Source: Ramazzottius varieornatus (lineage: Eukaryota > Animalia > Tardigrada). Taken from it: a stretch of DNA of 64,000 nt. Both the position numbers and the translations under genes were made by a program. The notes beneath the pieces were generated by a model. That model was not told where the DNA came from. It did not search any database and worked only from the letters and a program-made list of their open reading frames with translations. Each line of letters starts with the position of its first letter. Position 1 is the stretch's first letter. This document shows, piece after piece, positions 13,143 through 26,503 of this stretch. Location of the stretch: NCBI GenBank assembly GCA_001949185.1, contig BDGG01000002.1, positions 2,911,826 to 2,975,825 of the forward strand. The letters run 5' to 3'.

Positions 13143-13343
13143 CACCCACGACGAGAAACTATGGGGCCAATAAAAATTATGGGACCAGGCGGAAAAGACG
13201 GCAGAATGGAAATTCAAACGTAGAAAAGTGTACAAAAGTGCGTTACTATGAATCGGTCACGTACGTACGTGCTTCCGTACCGCTGTAGCGAAAAGGCCTG
13301 GTCCCATAATTTTTACTGGCCCCAAAATTTCCCGTCGTGCGTG
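13143..13343 (+). mobile_element. About 200-bp MITE of the same family as 8875-9510
   Basis: Related TIRs (CACCCACGACGAGAAACTATGGGGCCAATAAAAATTATGGGACCAGGC / GCCTGGTCCCATAATTTTTACTGGCCCC...CGTCGTGCGTG), TA flanks and shared internal GGAAAAGACGGCA. Confidence 0.85.
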
Positions 13344-16300
13344 TACTGGGCAGAGTTCCTCAGCCCTCTAGGGTCACAGCATAGAGGCACAGTCGATCAA
13401 ATCTGAATAAGGGCTAGGGTGGACCAAAGGAAAGGGTTTGGGCTGATGCGTGAAAGCCAAGGATTAACATGTGATAGCCAAACACCCCGTAGACCATCCC
13501 TTGTCCCATGTTAAATTTCATTAGCCTCACCTCCACGTCGTGACTGCAGAAGGCTGAAAAACTCTGCCCAGCACCCGAATGTGCACACGTTATATTCGTG
13601 GGCCTTAAGTCTTTCTGTAAAACCTCAGAATGAACACGGTGAACTGCATTCAGCGATTTGATGGCAAGCTGACTGTACAATGCCGGGATACGCTCGTTCC
13701 TTTCCAATAGCTGAAGCGGCTGATTAAATTTGAACTGTAAATGTCAGCCAAGCAGGAAAGCGTTGTTGATCTTAGCGCACGCAGTGGAGGATGAACAACA
13801 AAGCGGCTGATGGTTAAATTCGGCTTGCTTAACTGTGACCTGATGTTTGATGAGGCTTGTTCGGGAGCAGATGACAACAATAGGAGCCAGCATTAGATGG
13901 TATCAAGGTGCGACAGGTAGAGTGGCCTACGTGTGCCCAATTAGCTGACGCAGCAGAGCGTCATCCATCCAGCGGCAAATGTCCGCTTTGCTGCCTACAG
14001 GAACGCTTTAAAACAGTCTCTATTCGCTTTGTTGAAACAGTTGATTAGAATCGCTCAACCACCAGGTGAAATGTCACCCGGGCTGCCCATTTGACGACCG
14101 ATCAAGACAATGCCATTGACTCCATTCAAAAAGCGGAAGTAGCTCATTTTACGGGCTCCATTCACAATAGCGACGGGTGCGTCTACTGTAAACGCTGACC
14201 AGGGCAATAATCAATTATTTCACCACAGTACATTGACCACAGTATCCCCTCGTACACTATAGTTCTCGTCGTCGAGCTCTTGAAGCATTCTTAACAAAGT
14301 TCTAAGTTCAGTTAAGACAAAAAAAGTTGGGACCCAGTCCAGAAGGAAACATCTGTACAGGAACTCGTCTACAAGCAGTTAATCTTTCGGGAATGGTTCA
14401 TCTTGAATCGTGAAGTGTTCGTGTGTTAATTTTGCGGGATGGTATTGTAGGTTGAAAGGAACAAGAAAGCGTACCGAGGAAAAGATGTCTGCATTTTTCC
14501 TATATTGTTTCGCATACGACGTAAGAGATTAGTATGGAGTAGCGAAATAGGTGCAAAGGGTGTTCACCGAAGTAGTAAAGTGATTGTCGGAAGGTTCCGC
14601 CAGAGGGAGCGCCACGATCTGTCAAGTTGGCCGGAGATGACTTTGGATATTGTTCCGGTAAAGCCAATTATGCTGAACAGATTTCAAGCGGCTGTAATCT
14701 GCCAGTGCCCACTTGCACTCCATTAATTAACGGCGATAAGGCCATAATCATCACTGACGACTAGTTCCGGCTTTGTCCGCCTACCAAGGCGCTGCAGTGG
14801 TAACAATATCTTCCGCTGTCAATCTGGGCATGTCCAGTCATTTTAGCTACCACCTTTCTTCGGGCAGAATCAGATGACCGACTTTACCCAAAACTAAGAG
14901 AAAAATTTTGTTAAGTGCAAAATATGGGACGAAACCAGATTGTTACTTAAAGTGGCGCAAGTTTGTTCTCTTATTGGTCAGAGGTATGCGCCATTTAGGG
15001 GAAATGATCTGGTTCAGATCATTTGCCTGCGTCTCATACGAGTTTCAATTCAAGGTAGAAAAAAGTCGACATGACGTATTATCTAGTTCGGTATTTAGAC
15101 AAATTTAGAATGTTTTCATCAGGCCAAGATTATAGCGAGATAATCACATTGTCTGTTTTGGATCGGAACTCGCGAAATGAGTGTTTGTTGAAGGAAAACG
15201 TCGGTTCGTTTTATGTTGCGCATAGTTATCTGGTAAGGATGGCCGGATTTTGAGTTATCAAATTGCTGACGCGGCGTGCCCGAGTGCACAGCAAACAAGG
15301 ATGTTCGTCATTGCAGATTATGCCAGTGATCTCTCCAGAGAAATGTATCCATTAGCTGGTTTCATCCACTCCTTTTCATTGAGCCAAATGCCGACGCAAT
15401 TCAAAAATGCCTCGGTACATTCAGGGCAACTCAAGCACATAATGTGGAACGGATGTCGCGCCCAAGTGGCTAAATTGTTCCCTCCATGTTTACTTGCTGG
15501 AAAAACACTACTAGCAAAGTTTCAGTTGCGACCGAGAACCGCCGTTCCATCCGAAGGTTTCTTTTTCGCGTAAAGCAGTACCGAACAACACGTTCCAGCA
15601 AGGGCCCTTCGTGAAGTGAGCGTAGGAGAAATCGAGTACCTCGTATATTTGCCTTTTTTGTGGGAGTTACAAATAAGCTACATTCCTCAATCTTGATTTC
15701 CCTGAGAGTGTTTCTTTTTAATTTTGAGGGTCTCTGTATTTTGCGGTTTTCCTTCATACCTGTATACGGGGAAAAAATCAGAAAGAAGAAATAAATTCGA
15801 CCAAGAACTAAAAAATCTTTTGTTCGTGACTTCGCATGGCTCAGGAGAAGCGCCACCAGCTGCAGACTTTGCTACCTTGCTCAGTTGGCACCACAATTTT
15901 CGAATGCGTGTATCCGACAAATATTTTTGAAGTAGAAAAGAATATCGGAGGACCGACGTTCGATATGTTCTACAGCGTACAGACGTGGTTCCTATCGCTG
16001 GTGGGCTATCTGTGCAGCTTCGTGATTGGTGCGATGTGTGGCGCTGGCATGAAATCGGGAGGGAAATCTCGGATTGGACCGGCGCTGGACAAGTCCCTGG
16101 GGGTCCCCACCGTGCATGATTGTATGGGTGAACCGGCCAACTAGCGTTCAAAGCTGCCTGTGATTGCCCAGCATCAAGCAAGAGTACACTCCCCAATCTC
16201 CGCCAGCCGCTAGCGCACGTATCAACCGCAACTCCTGCCAAATCAGACAGCGAAAAATCCCCCAAGTTCAAATCCGCCTTTTACACTAGCCTTTCCTTAA

Positions 16301-16542
16301 ACACGCATCTATGCAGTTTGTCAACCACAGATTTCGTCGGCTGCGCGTGTGCGTGTCTTTGCTTTACTTGCAGTCTCTTACTCTAACTCACGCACAGAGC
16401 TGATGCTTTATTGATTCTCACTCCCTTACATGCAAACGTTCTCCTGCGCATGTCGAGCGGCCGAATTTTCGTGTCTCTCGTCGAGAACCTCAGTGACCTT
16501 TTTGTTGCGTTACTGTACGAAACGGTCAGTTTTACTCTGATC

Positions 16543-18714
16543 ATGCAAAGCGCACCAAGTGATATCCTGTTTTAACCTTTCGCTTACGATTTCGTCTCCC
16601 ACACTCCAAAGAGTGAAGCTTGGGTTCATGCAAAAATCAGTTCGGGAAGCTTATAATGGATGCTTGAGTTGTCAAACGCAATTATCCAACATTTATCGGT
16701 TATCGATGGAATTCAATCAGGAGAAATCATGTGTATCCAGAGGAAATCTCGGGAACAGCGCCTTTCAAATGGTGTTACCTCGGCCGGATTTGGCCTCTTC
16801 GATGTCGATAGGTAACTTTACAGAGGACATGGACTTCATAACGGAAATCAATCTTTTATCTATGGCATTTGATTTCTTCTCGTCTGACATCTGTGCTGGG
16901 AATATGTCAAGCACACATGTCTTACTTCTTGCACCTATGAAAAGGCCCATGTCGTAGTGTACATAATAACTGCGTGTTTGCCTCCAAGTGATTTTGCTGT
17001 TTTCTCGCTTGCAGATCGCAGCATGAAAGCATGTAACAGTTTCTTCCCGACTAACCCATTATGGCAGCGTTGCCCGCCCTTCGGGCCAGCTATGTGGCCG
17101 TTTATGCAAATGCTCCATCCAGGCACATTCTCCACTCTACAAGCCTTATCTGCTGCCAACTCCGATTATGCCAACGCAGCAGCTTTGGCCGCGAAGAAGC
17201 TCGACCTTACGACCAAGTCGGTATCGCCACGTCAACATGGCAGTACCGTCTCGAATCTACCAGACGCTCTGTCCAACAAGAACCGAGATAAGGGTGTGAC
17301 GACCATCGAATGCGACTCCTCAACCAATGGCAAGGTCGCCGGCAAGCAGGCAAAGTTCCGATTTGAGGACCTCCCTCGATGTCTCGAATTATCGGACAGT
17401 TCCTCGGAGAAATCCAAGTGCGATAACGGTAAGCAAATTCACTATATTATACCAACATGCAAGATCTGGAACTCGTCAAACGAACTCGACCAGCCCGCTT
17501 TCCCAAGTGGCGCACGCTCGCACCTAAACTGTTTGAGGTCGTGTGCCACTTGAAGAAAACATATCTGGTCGAGTTGCTATGACGGGCTCGAATTGGGTCT
17601 CGGAAATATCGCTTCCCTGAGGCCTTCGAGAATTCCTCCGAAGAATGTCCACGTAAGAGACGAGAAAATAGTGGGAAAATTTTCGGAGTTCCAACAGGGT
17701 GTTACCCATGCCGTGAACAAGCTTGCGGAAATTCAGTGTCAATTCCAACACCCTGTCGTTAACTGAAAACTGTATGAAAAGTTCAGACGTCTGTATTTTC
17801 TTTAACAGACGTTGTGCAACTTAACCCCAGGTCAGCTTATCCATCCCGGTCCTCTCATCCCATATTCCCTTCTGTACATTCTCCCTTCGCCTGGAACCAC
17901 CACCTAGCCCGGTTTATTGAGTGGCAAAGCCAACAAGCCACTCGTCTTCCACCTTTAAACCGTCTTCCTGGTTTCCTACCCGGCCGACCGCCCTCGGAAG
18001 CCTCGGTCGACGCCTCGTCCCGCTCGCCTTCTCTCTCCTCCGAGCATCCACCCAGCGGCAAGCACTGCCCTTACTCATGCCCGAAATGCACCAAGCTCTT
18101 CAGTACGGTCCACGGACTGGAAGTTCATGTCAGAAGAGCCCATACCGGCAACCGTCGCCCGTATGCCTGTCAAGCTTGCAGTAAAACCTTTGGTCATTCG
18201 GTCTCCCTCACCCAGCACAACAAAGCTGTCCACTGCCAAGAACGACAGTTTCAGTGCCATCAGTGCGGAAAGTGTTTTAAAAGGTCGTCAACGTTGTCGA
18301 CTCATCTTCTTATCCACTCCAACACCAGACCGTATACTTGTCCGTGGTCCAGCTGTGGAAAGAGCTTTCATCAGAAGTCTGATATGAAAAAGCATACCTA
18401 TATTCACACAGGTAAGAAAAAACTGGATCTCAAAACTTCATCAGTCCAAGATAGTAATGACTAATTATTGCTTGGTAATCACGGAAAATGATAAGACACG
18501 TTTCTGTTTTGTAGGAGAGAAGCCGCATAAATGCACAGTGTGTGGTAAAGCTTTCAGTCAATCATCGAACCTGATAACACATTTTCGCAAGCATACTGGT
18601 CATAAGCCGTTCGGCTGTCAGTATTGCGGACGCGCCTTCCAACGCAAAGTGGATCTCAGACGTCATACCGAAACGCAACATCCCTCTGCGCCAAAAATTA
18701 GTCTCGATGAATAA
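16543..18714 (+). CDS. sens: Gfi-1/senseless/pag-3 family C2H2 zinc-finger transcription factor (6 fingers)
   Basis: Diagnostic fingers [62 protein letters not shown] and [15 protein letters not shown]. Exons about 17014-17428, 17809-18411 and 18515-18714; first micro-exon 16543-16558 is tentative. Confidence 0.93.
17483..17575. repeat. Nested inverted repeat (mini-MITE) in an intron of the Gfi-1/senseless gene
   Basis: Outer arms AACTCGACCAG...CTGGTCGAGTT, inner arms CAAGTGGCGCACG...CGTGTGCCACTTG. 17 nt (17500-17516) are identical to 50854-50870. Confidence 0.55.
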
Positions 18715-21124
18715 ATTACTATCTCCTTGAACTGTCTGTAGTACTGTATACCAAAAATACTGTGGAATTTTATGCAATAAAGCCGCGGTTTCTTCATATT
18801 CGTAATATCGCATCCATTTCGTTGAATCAGACGGCATAAGCAAGCGAATACGTAAGTCGTTCATTCACTTTTTTCCCTATGATATTTCCCGCTGCTAGTT
18901 GGAAGTGGAGAACGAGAGGAGCGCTACCAGAGCTAACGGCCTGATTACCAGGGAATCACTTAGGCAAATCCACTTCTACATAGATGGAAAGTCGTCCTAT
19001 TCCCTTGCGTCAAATCATCCAATTTCCGTTTGACTATTTGGGTGCGTTCGGACGTATTAAGTCGGTACGGCACTGAGTCAATATGCCAGGCTTGATCGCT
19101 CTTCAGTTTTAAATTTCTGCCTTTCATCCAACTCGCCTGCTCCATTTGATCCTGCATATCGCCTTGGTGAGCTTTGTGGACAAACAGCTATGTGTGAGAC
19201 ACTTGTGCCGCTATTGCACTCGCGCTCACTCTGCTCTGCTCACTCCATTCAGCGCGGTTTCGTGTTTGTTTTCCACTCCAGCACGCAATTTCTCATCCAT
19301 TAGTTGCGCAAAACAGCGGTAAATTGTGGCTAAGCTTGCTCCGGCGCTCTTATCATCTGTAAACAGGCAACGCTTCACCCGTTGTCGAGGAAGATGTAAC
19401 GCACCGCTGGTCCCAACCTGCAAATGTCCACTGAACCTTTGGCTCACCCTACACACTCCTCCAGTTAACCTGCTCATCACCTGTTCTGTCTAGCGGCAAG
19501 CCAAGTGCAAGCCAACGCGAGACATGTCGGCGCTGTTATCTTCTTCATCGAGACAGATACAGGAAACTGCCAAGTGTTGCAAACACTTAATTAACTTTGG
19601 CAGCGCCCACCCTAACTTCATTGAGGAAAGTTAGGCCGAAGTTATTAATACGATATTAGAAAACCCGATGGCAAAGTTTAATCACACAAAACAGGTAACT
19701 GCCTGCCAGCTTAAGCGTACCGTAGAGAAATATCCAGCGAAAAAATGCGGTAGTCTGATTGCTGTGATGAACAACCAATCAGATTTTCAGAGTGATGCGG
19801 CTAGTAAAAATCTGGAAGTTAGCAGACTGTGCTCTTATTGATTACTCTTTTGTGCCAGTTTTCCGACATGACCAGCGCGTTCAGTTTAAACCGGGACGTG
19901 GGGGTAAAAGGGGAAGAAGAGGAGAGCTTTACTTCACTTGACAGAAACATATGTCATTTTTCCCTGCAACACAAACCTGCTGGTGTTATGTTATGCAACA
20001 CCGACAGTGATTGTCAGTGTAGTAGGTGGCCGGCTTGGAAAGTCTATCTGGATTTAAACAGGTGAACATGTTTTGCCGGCTATCGATCGGACATATTCAA
20101 ATCTGCCTTTCTGGAGGCCTTCTGTGTGTCCCTACAGACTGGCCCTCGCTGCGTGACGGTAATGCGGTCCATCATTAGTGGGCAGATCGCTAAGCCATAT
20201 GGAGAACAAGTTGATTAAAAATTTAGACTTTTTGCACCATAACAGCCCACTATTGTGATGAGGAAGGAAAGGTGGTCGGGCAGAATGCCGTGCGGTGAGA
20301 GACAGCATTAAAAATCACTTTGGCTGATTAGTTTGTAAACCAGTATTCCCTGTTGAGACATCAAGTTGGCATTAAGTGACAGTCTTTCCCGACAGCCGTG
20401 ATCAGTACGCAACGCATAATTGGCGCTTATCACCCGATCCGCACAGTTTACTAACTATCCTCATCTCCATGAAGTCACTCTGGTAAAATCCGCAATCAAT
20501 ACGCGAGGGTCATTGAAATGTTTACTGATTACACTAGGAAACCAATTTTTCTTTCGCAATTTTTCGAGATGCTGCTGTGTCGTGTACCAGTAAAACGTTG
20601 AACCGCGACAGTTAGGTGAGCATCTGATGAAGACCGTTCAGTGTGGACTTGTCTGAAGTTGAGTGTAGCGAAGCGGAAGCGGTTTAATTGACGAAGGTTA
20701 CAAGGCATGCTTCTGTTTGCATTGTGTCATTATTATAACCGCACGCGAATGGCATTGTGCCTCTTGTTGGACCATTGCAACAGACACTACACCTGGATCA
20801 GACCTTTCTACACGACATTTGGTCGTTGTAAAGTGATAACAATAGCAGATGATGCTCTTTTCTTCCGCTTCATCTCATGAACTAATTCGAATTCGACCAA
20901 GCTCGGTCCACCTTGCGCGATCAACGGGACCAGACGTCGGTAAGGACAACCGGCATATCCTTCGGAGCATATCTGCATGGGTGTCACCATGTAAAACTTT
21001 TACGGAGTATTGAGGCCCTTCCAGTAGTAGAGGCTACCATCAGTGTTATTTTACTATGCAATTAAAATTATCAAAAGTCAAGTGCTAATGCTAAGTCTAC
21101 GTGATCAGCTGACTGCAAGTAAAA

Positions 21125-21172
21125 TCAATTATCGCTGACGAATTTCAATTATCGCTGACGAATTTCAATTAT
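21125..21172 (+). repeat. Short tandem repeat, 20-bp unit x2.4
   Basis: TCAATTATCGCTGACGAATT starts at 21125 and 21145, with a partial copy at 21165. Confidence 0.85.
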
Positions 21173-21403
21173 TAAAATTAAAATTCAATTTCGTATTATG
21201 GATCAATCAATCAAGCAGACATCAACCCGCACAGTTAGAACGATTCTAAATATTAGAATCGATTTCTTATTTTAATGATTAAAATAACACTGTCTACCAT
21301 GAAAATACGCTATGTGGGCACCGTATTAAAGCCGGCTTTTTATACGCCTTACAGTCCGGCTTACCATTACCCTCCAATGGCCAGACAGACGGTGGCTCCC
21401 CTC

Positions 21404-21872
21404 CAGACCTGGCGATGGTGTGGTTTTACCACACCACACCGAAAAAACCAAACTTTTTGGTTTCGGTGTGCACAGAACACCAAATCGAAAACACTGGTGT
21501 CCGTTCCACACCGAATTTTCGGTTTGGTCTCCGAGGACACCACATTACACCAAACCGAAAAACTTCTGGTGCACCATTTCGTAGGAAAGCAACTAAGGCG
21601 GAGCACGACACGCTTTGAGGGGCCAAATATACAGGGAAAACCGACGGGACCAGTAGAATTAAGCACACTGACGTCAGGTTTAGCTTCGGTTTGCGCATTG
21701 TTGTCATTCGGTTTCTGTTTGTACATCTGTGTTACGCCAAGGTTTGCTCCTTAGCGGTTATTAAGTACAAGTTTTGCTTTTTCGGTTTTTCAGTTTGGTG
21801 TGGTGTGGTGCACCAAAAGAGCGGTGTCCAAAAAACACCACACCACACTTAATCACACTTTTGCCAGGTCTA
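21404..21872. mobile_element. hAT-superfamily MITE (about 470 bp)
   Basis: TIRs CAGACCTGGC / GCCAGGTCTA, perfect 8-bp TSD CTCCCCTC (21396-21403 and 21873-21880), and dense subterminal CACCA / ACCGAAA / TTTCGGT motifs. Confidence 0.9.
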
Positions 21873-23062
21873 CTCCCCTCCCAACCCACGGCCGGAATTC
21901 CGACATCCGACAGGTGGAGCCTGCTGCTTGTGTGAAGCTTACTTCCTATCAAGGCTTATGTCGGAGGTCTCAGCGGCAAAGGTCGGTAAATTCATCCCAG
22001 TATCGTCAGGTCTACATCCATAGATGTATCTTGATCTGTAACCTGCGGGCTTGTCCGCGATCTCCCTACTGACGTCAAAGTTCTATGGTTCAGCTCTAGA
22101 CACGCCTCAATCTGGTTAGCGAAACCCGACGAGGTTGATCTCAAAGCCGCTCTTCTGATACATGTGGACTATAGCGGACTTTCAGAAACATCAGGACTTC
22201 TTCGTCACCTCGAAGTCTGGACAAAAGGGCGGCAAAGCAAGGCTTTATTGTGTGGTACACCAGTTGTGGTGGTAGCTGCTACCGTCACCAAAGGCAATAA
22301 GCACAACCATAAGGCAGGAGTGTATCTAGCTTTCAGGGCGTGGCAAAGAAGGTACATGGGTGTTTCGTTCAGGAAACTAGCCTTCGGTTTAGCTACGAAC
22401 AGCAGGCCAGTTCGAAGTGTGCTGTCTTTCGCAGGCCGGCATGGATGGTTACTAATAGCTGGGGTACCAACGCTGCTGGAAGCGATCGTGGCTGCTGCGG
22501 CACCAGTGAAGCAGATCGTTCTTCCAAGCTTTGAGAACCTTCTGGACCTGTAAAAGTGGAGCTCCATCTGATAATCTGTCCGTACCCTGTCCGCACGAGG
22601 CTAGCCAAATAATCTACATTTTCTATTCGACAGAGATTTCTTTTATAGATTTACTTCGGAGTTCATGTGGCCGTACAGGACAGGATAGGTACAAGCAGAA
22701 GCTTTTGCAAGCAGCATTATACCCATGGCGCTTTCTGCGGGCAAGAGGTCCTTGTGGTGAACCACGTGACACAGAAAGCCAGAAACATGACGAACAACAT
22801 CCGCATCAATGCCATGTGGTGATGGGATACCGCCGTGGCGTCTAACGAACACTCGGAGAGCCGACGCATTGCGAACTGGAAGACACCAAAATTCGATTGC
22901 GGACATGAACAAGAGAGTGATCGTGACAGCCTTTACCTTCCGTGTAATTAGACATATCTTTCCGCAAGAAAATACGATTATTGCCAGCGGAGAGAAAAGA
23001 CCGAGGATGTTCTCACTGGTTTTGAATTCGACACCGGCGCAATAGTACTTCTTGACAGAAAA

Positions 23063-24435
23063 TTATGGTAATTGCCGTTGCATCTTGCTCCACAAATCGC
23101 AAAGAGTTTGGGTCCGTGCGCTGACCGCCAAATTCCTTTTAGCCTCACTATGAGCTAACAACTGACCACGTAAAATCTGTATATCAGCCGAAGTTAAAGG
23201 ATATGTCATTCTCGCAACAGAGTACTGGACTACGTTACCATAATGAAAATATACAATGAGCTGACTGGTTGGCTGTGTAACGTGATTCTTGATCCACTGA
23301 AAGCGAGTGTAAAACCTGTCGACGCTAGTCTTAGCCTTCGGCATACCCAGCAGTTTTTCCACGCATTGTTTTCGGTGTATCAGTTTCACTCTGACTTGTT
23401 CCCGCATCTCGACGAGTTCATGGAATATAGAATACAAGTAGTCGGTATGCGGATGTTTGTAACTCCAGATACCCCGGTTGGATGTGTAGTGCTTCAGCTG
23501 TGCAGCAATGGCGGCGGCATGCTCGCCAAACTGGATAAGGACCTCATCAGATATGATGGGCTTCCTTCTTGGAATAATGATCGGCTCAGACTGGGACCGT
23601 CTTACACGAACCATAGGCGCTGCGGAAATGGTGTCGGTGAGGGCGGAGCCAATCGACTTCCATGCATTGCGGCCTTCGCGTTGGAGGACTTTGTTCCAGG
23701 ATACGGTGCTCCATAATGAGTGATTCATCTCGAAGGCTCGTCGGATGGCGTATCGCTTTGCGTTCTTCTTCAGCCATCTTGCTAGATCATGGCAAAGAAG
23801 TTCCGCTTCTTCCGGAAAACACACAAATTTCACTTTGACCTGTTGCAACAAGCCGTCATCACGAAAGTTTTTCAGGAAATCGTATCGTGATTCATTCTTT
23901 GCCGTACAGTATTACTCACCATGTCTTCGGTGATCATTATTGCAGGTAAGAGGGACAACAGTTGTGTCTGAACTCGATGTCTCAAGTTTTCTCTCATCGA
24001 CTGGATTCCGGCTGATCCGTGAACGAGGAAAGCCAAAGACAGCGGCGGACATTCGTCACTCTTTTCGTTTCTCGTCGTGTTCGTCACCGCTGTTCTTCTT
24101 GACGTGGCCCAGAAATACGTCACCATATCGTGGATATTCGATAAGAGATAGCGATGTTCGCTCTGAACCCGAAGAAGAAACAATATGCCGTGAACGTTGT
24201 GGTGCTGCATGGACTTCATCGTATGGAGAAACGGCTTCGACATGAAATTGTGCCGCCTATCCCAAATTAACAACCGGCTGATGGTGTCACTGCTAGCGAT
24301 TACCTCGTTGATCTGCGATCGAACTTGCTCCAGCTCTGGACTAAAATCGCATTCGTAGTCATTGGTGAAGAGAGCAAGACTTATCTGCCGGTTGGATACG
24401 GGCTTGCGCTGGGGGTTGACAATTGGGGCAGCCAT
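23063..24435 (-). CDS. Two-exon uncharacterised protein (about 430 aa)
   Basis: ORF 23872..24435 (ATG start) splices via GTGAGT...CAACAG into ORF 23063..23851. Both are long open frames with no motif I recognise. Confidence 0.6.
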
Positions 24436-25861
24436 GACTGGTTGAGATCGGTTCGACCGAATATATTACAGTTCAATCTATCTTGGAGTACAACATATAA
24501 AAGCTACCCACTACAAATGTTCTGAAGCATGCAGATTTCAGTGCAGGGTCCCCGTGGATTTTCACCCACCTGCCAGAAACCTCACTTTACCAAGTCCTGG
24601 CTCATGAAGGATACTTCCGGCCGGTCCGGCAGCCGTGTCCGACCGTCAGATCTCAACGGTTGCCATGCACGACAGGACACTTTCGCGCGCATTACTGACG
24701 CAGGGAAGTAGAAGAAACGGACTTATCGGATGGGGACTGGAATATCTGCAAATTACACAGGACCTTCGTTCTGCTTCTCAACAAAGTCTCCGTTTGAATC
24801 GCAGTTAGGATGGGGACGTGCCATCGTTAGACCTTCCTTTTGCTATCGTAGACTTGTTTGACACTTCGTCTCATATCGCAGAGGTGCTCTCGATGAAAGC
24901 CCACTGTCAAAAACAAAAAGCAGATTCTTTCACACGGACACTCGGTAACAAACAAACATGCACGCGTCAAACGGCTCATTCGCGCAGCTAACTGACGGGG
25001 AAGATACTTACGATGGATAGCGCTGGGTGGCTCTTGCCCAGTTGATGGGATCACTTTTGAATTTGGAAGGAGGACCAACATACGGCACCTTGCTGTGTCG
25101 TGCGTCGCTAACGAAGAAGTCCACTAAAGTAGCACTTTCATTCCAAGGAAGAAACATTACTTCCTGGAAAACTCATGAAACAAAAACAACGACCGGTACG
25201 GCGCACCTTGATTGGGTGCATAGACTTTCATGCCAACTTCCACCTCGTAGCTAGCCTCCAAACTGAATAGGGATAGGGACCGAAGATTCTTGCTAAAGAA
25301 AACTGGTCCATCGTGTCTGTACCGCACGTGCCCCCCGTTCTCCAAGTGCTTGGGTGGGACTGAGCGAGCTTGGCGGATCATACACATACGGGATTTCGTT
25401 GGCCAGTTTCATGCCGCTACTACGGCCTGCTGGACTAGCCATCCTAGCCGTGGCTCATTGACTATCCTGTCTTCGCTGTTGCGCCGGTAGAGATCCATCA
25501 CCTTCAACTACGCCCTCTGCCGGGCCTGGGGAGCTGGGTGCGACGCTTCCTGGTTATACTGAGCCAACACCGTGAGACATGTGTTGGCAATGAAGAGGGT
25601 GCCATATATTGATAACCAGTTTCGGGCTTGAGATACTGCATAGTGCAGAGCAAGTATACTTTAGCACACGGGTTTATTCCTATACCACCATGTAAGTCGT
25701 TCAATAGAAAAGAAAATGAGTCTCTTACAACGAGAGCGCGACCGAAATGTACCAGGGAAGGGCAGCAACTAGACTGTCCTCGAACTATAAATGGCGGTCA
25801 ACCAACCGTTGGTCAGGCAGCTCGATGTGGTAGCAATGCGATCAAAACTGATGTGGGGTCT

Positions 25862-26290
25862 TTACCCCGCTGGGGGAATCAACATTGGGGTATAGCGGGG
25901 CGGTTGGTCGCTGGTAGATCTGATTCTGTTACCGTTGTCGTCGACCCATTCGTCGCAGTTCAGTAGAAATCTCAAGTAAGCTTTGTGTTCTGTTCGGGCA
26001 ATTTTATCGCCGTTGCGGTCAACACAGTAGACAATGCTTGATGATGGACTCACTGCACCACCATTCTGCTTTTTGGCATACTCTCCGTTCGGCTTGCAAA
26101 TGGGTGCGTAAGCACCCATCAAGCGCCTCTCTCCGAACTCACGCAAACTTTTCTGGCATTTCGTTTCGGTTCGCGAAGGTACTCTTGACGATGCAGAGCT
26201 AGAGTAGACAACCCGTCAAATTAGAAACTGTACGTGGAGCCAATGATACCGCTGAAATTGTTCACTTTGGACAGCCAGCGCGCTGTTCAT
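25862..26290 (-). CDS. Single thyroglobulin type-1 domain protein or detached exon
   Basis: TKCQKSLRE...AYAPICKPNGEYAKKQ...YCVDRNGDKIART...NCDEWVDDNGN, with a phase-compatible short upstream exon from 26290. Confidence 0.6.
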
Positions 26291-26503
26291 GACCACTATC
26301 CGCGAAGCACTGAGTGCACGAGACTGTGAGAGAGCTACTGTAAATTACCGTTTTGTACAGTGCACGCCAAATTGCCAATATTAGAATTGAGAAGTGCCAG
26401 GAGCATGTTATCTACCATCAGTGACTTGAAACCGACGTTGCTCCAATTCTCAAATTTGATTTGCTGCACCTAGCTCGAGCGATCCAACGCCCATCTTCTA
26501 AGA

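Noticed and set aside
18715-18900. miR-9 site in the senseless 3' UTR
   Set aside because: Only ACCAAAA is present, not the CCAAAG seed match.
21404-21872. Repeated CACCA/ACCGAA motifs as a CRISPR-like array, and ORFs 21275..21754 and 21367..21726
   Set aside because: No fixed repeat-spacer periodicity; TIRs plus an 8-bp TSD identify a hAT MITE, so the ORFs are incidental.
22164-23045. Possible plus-strand gene
   Set aside because: Short overlapping ORFs with no consistent splice model or motif.
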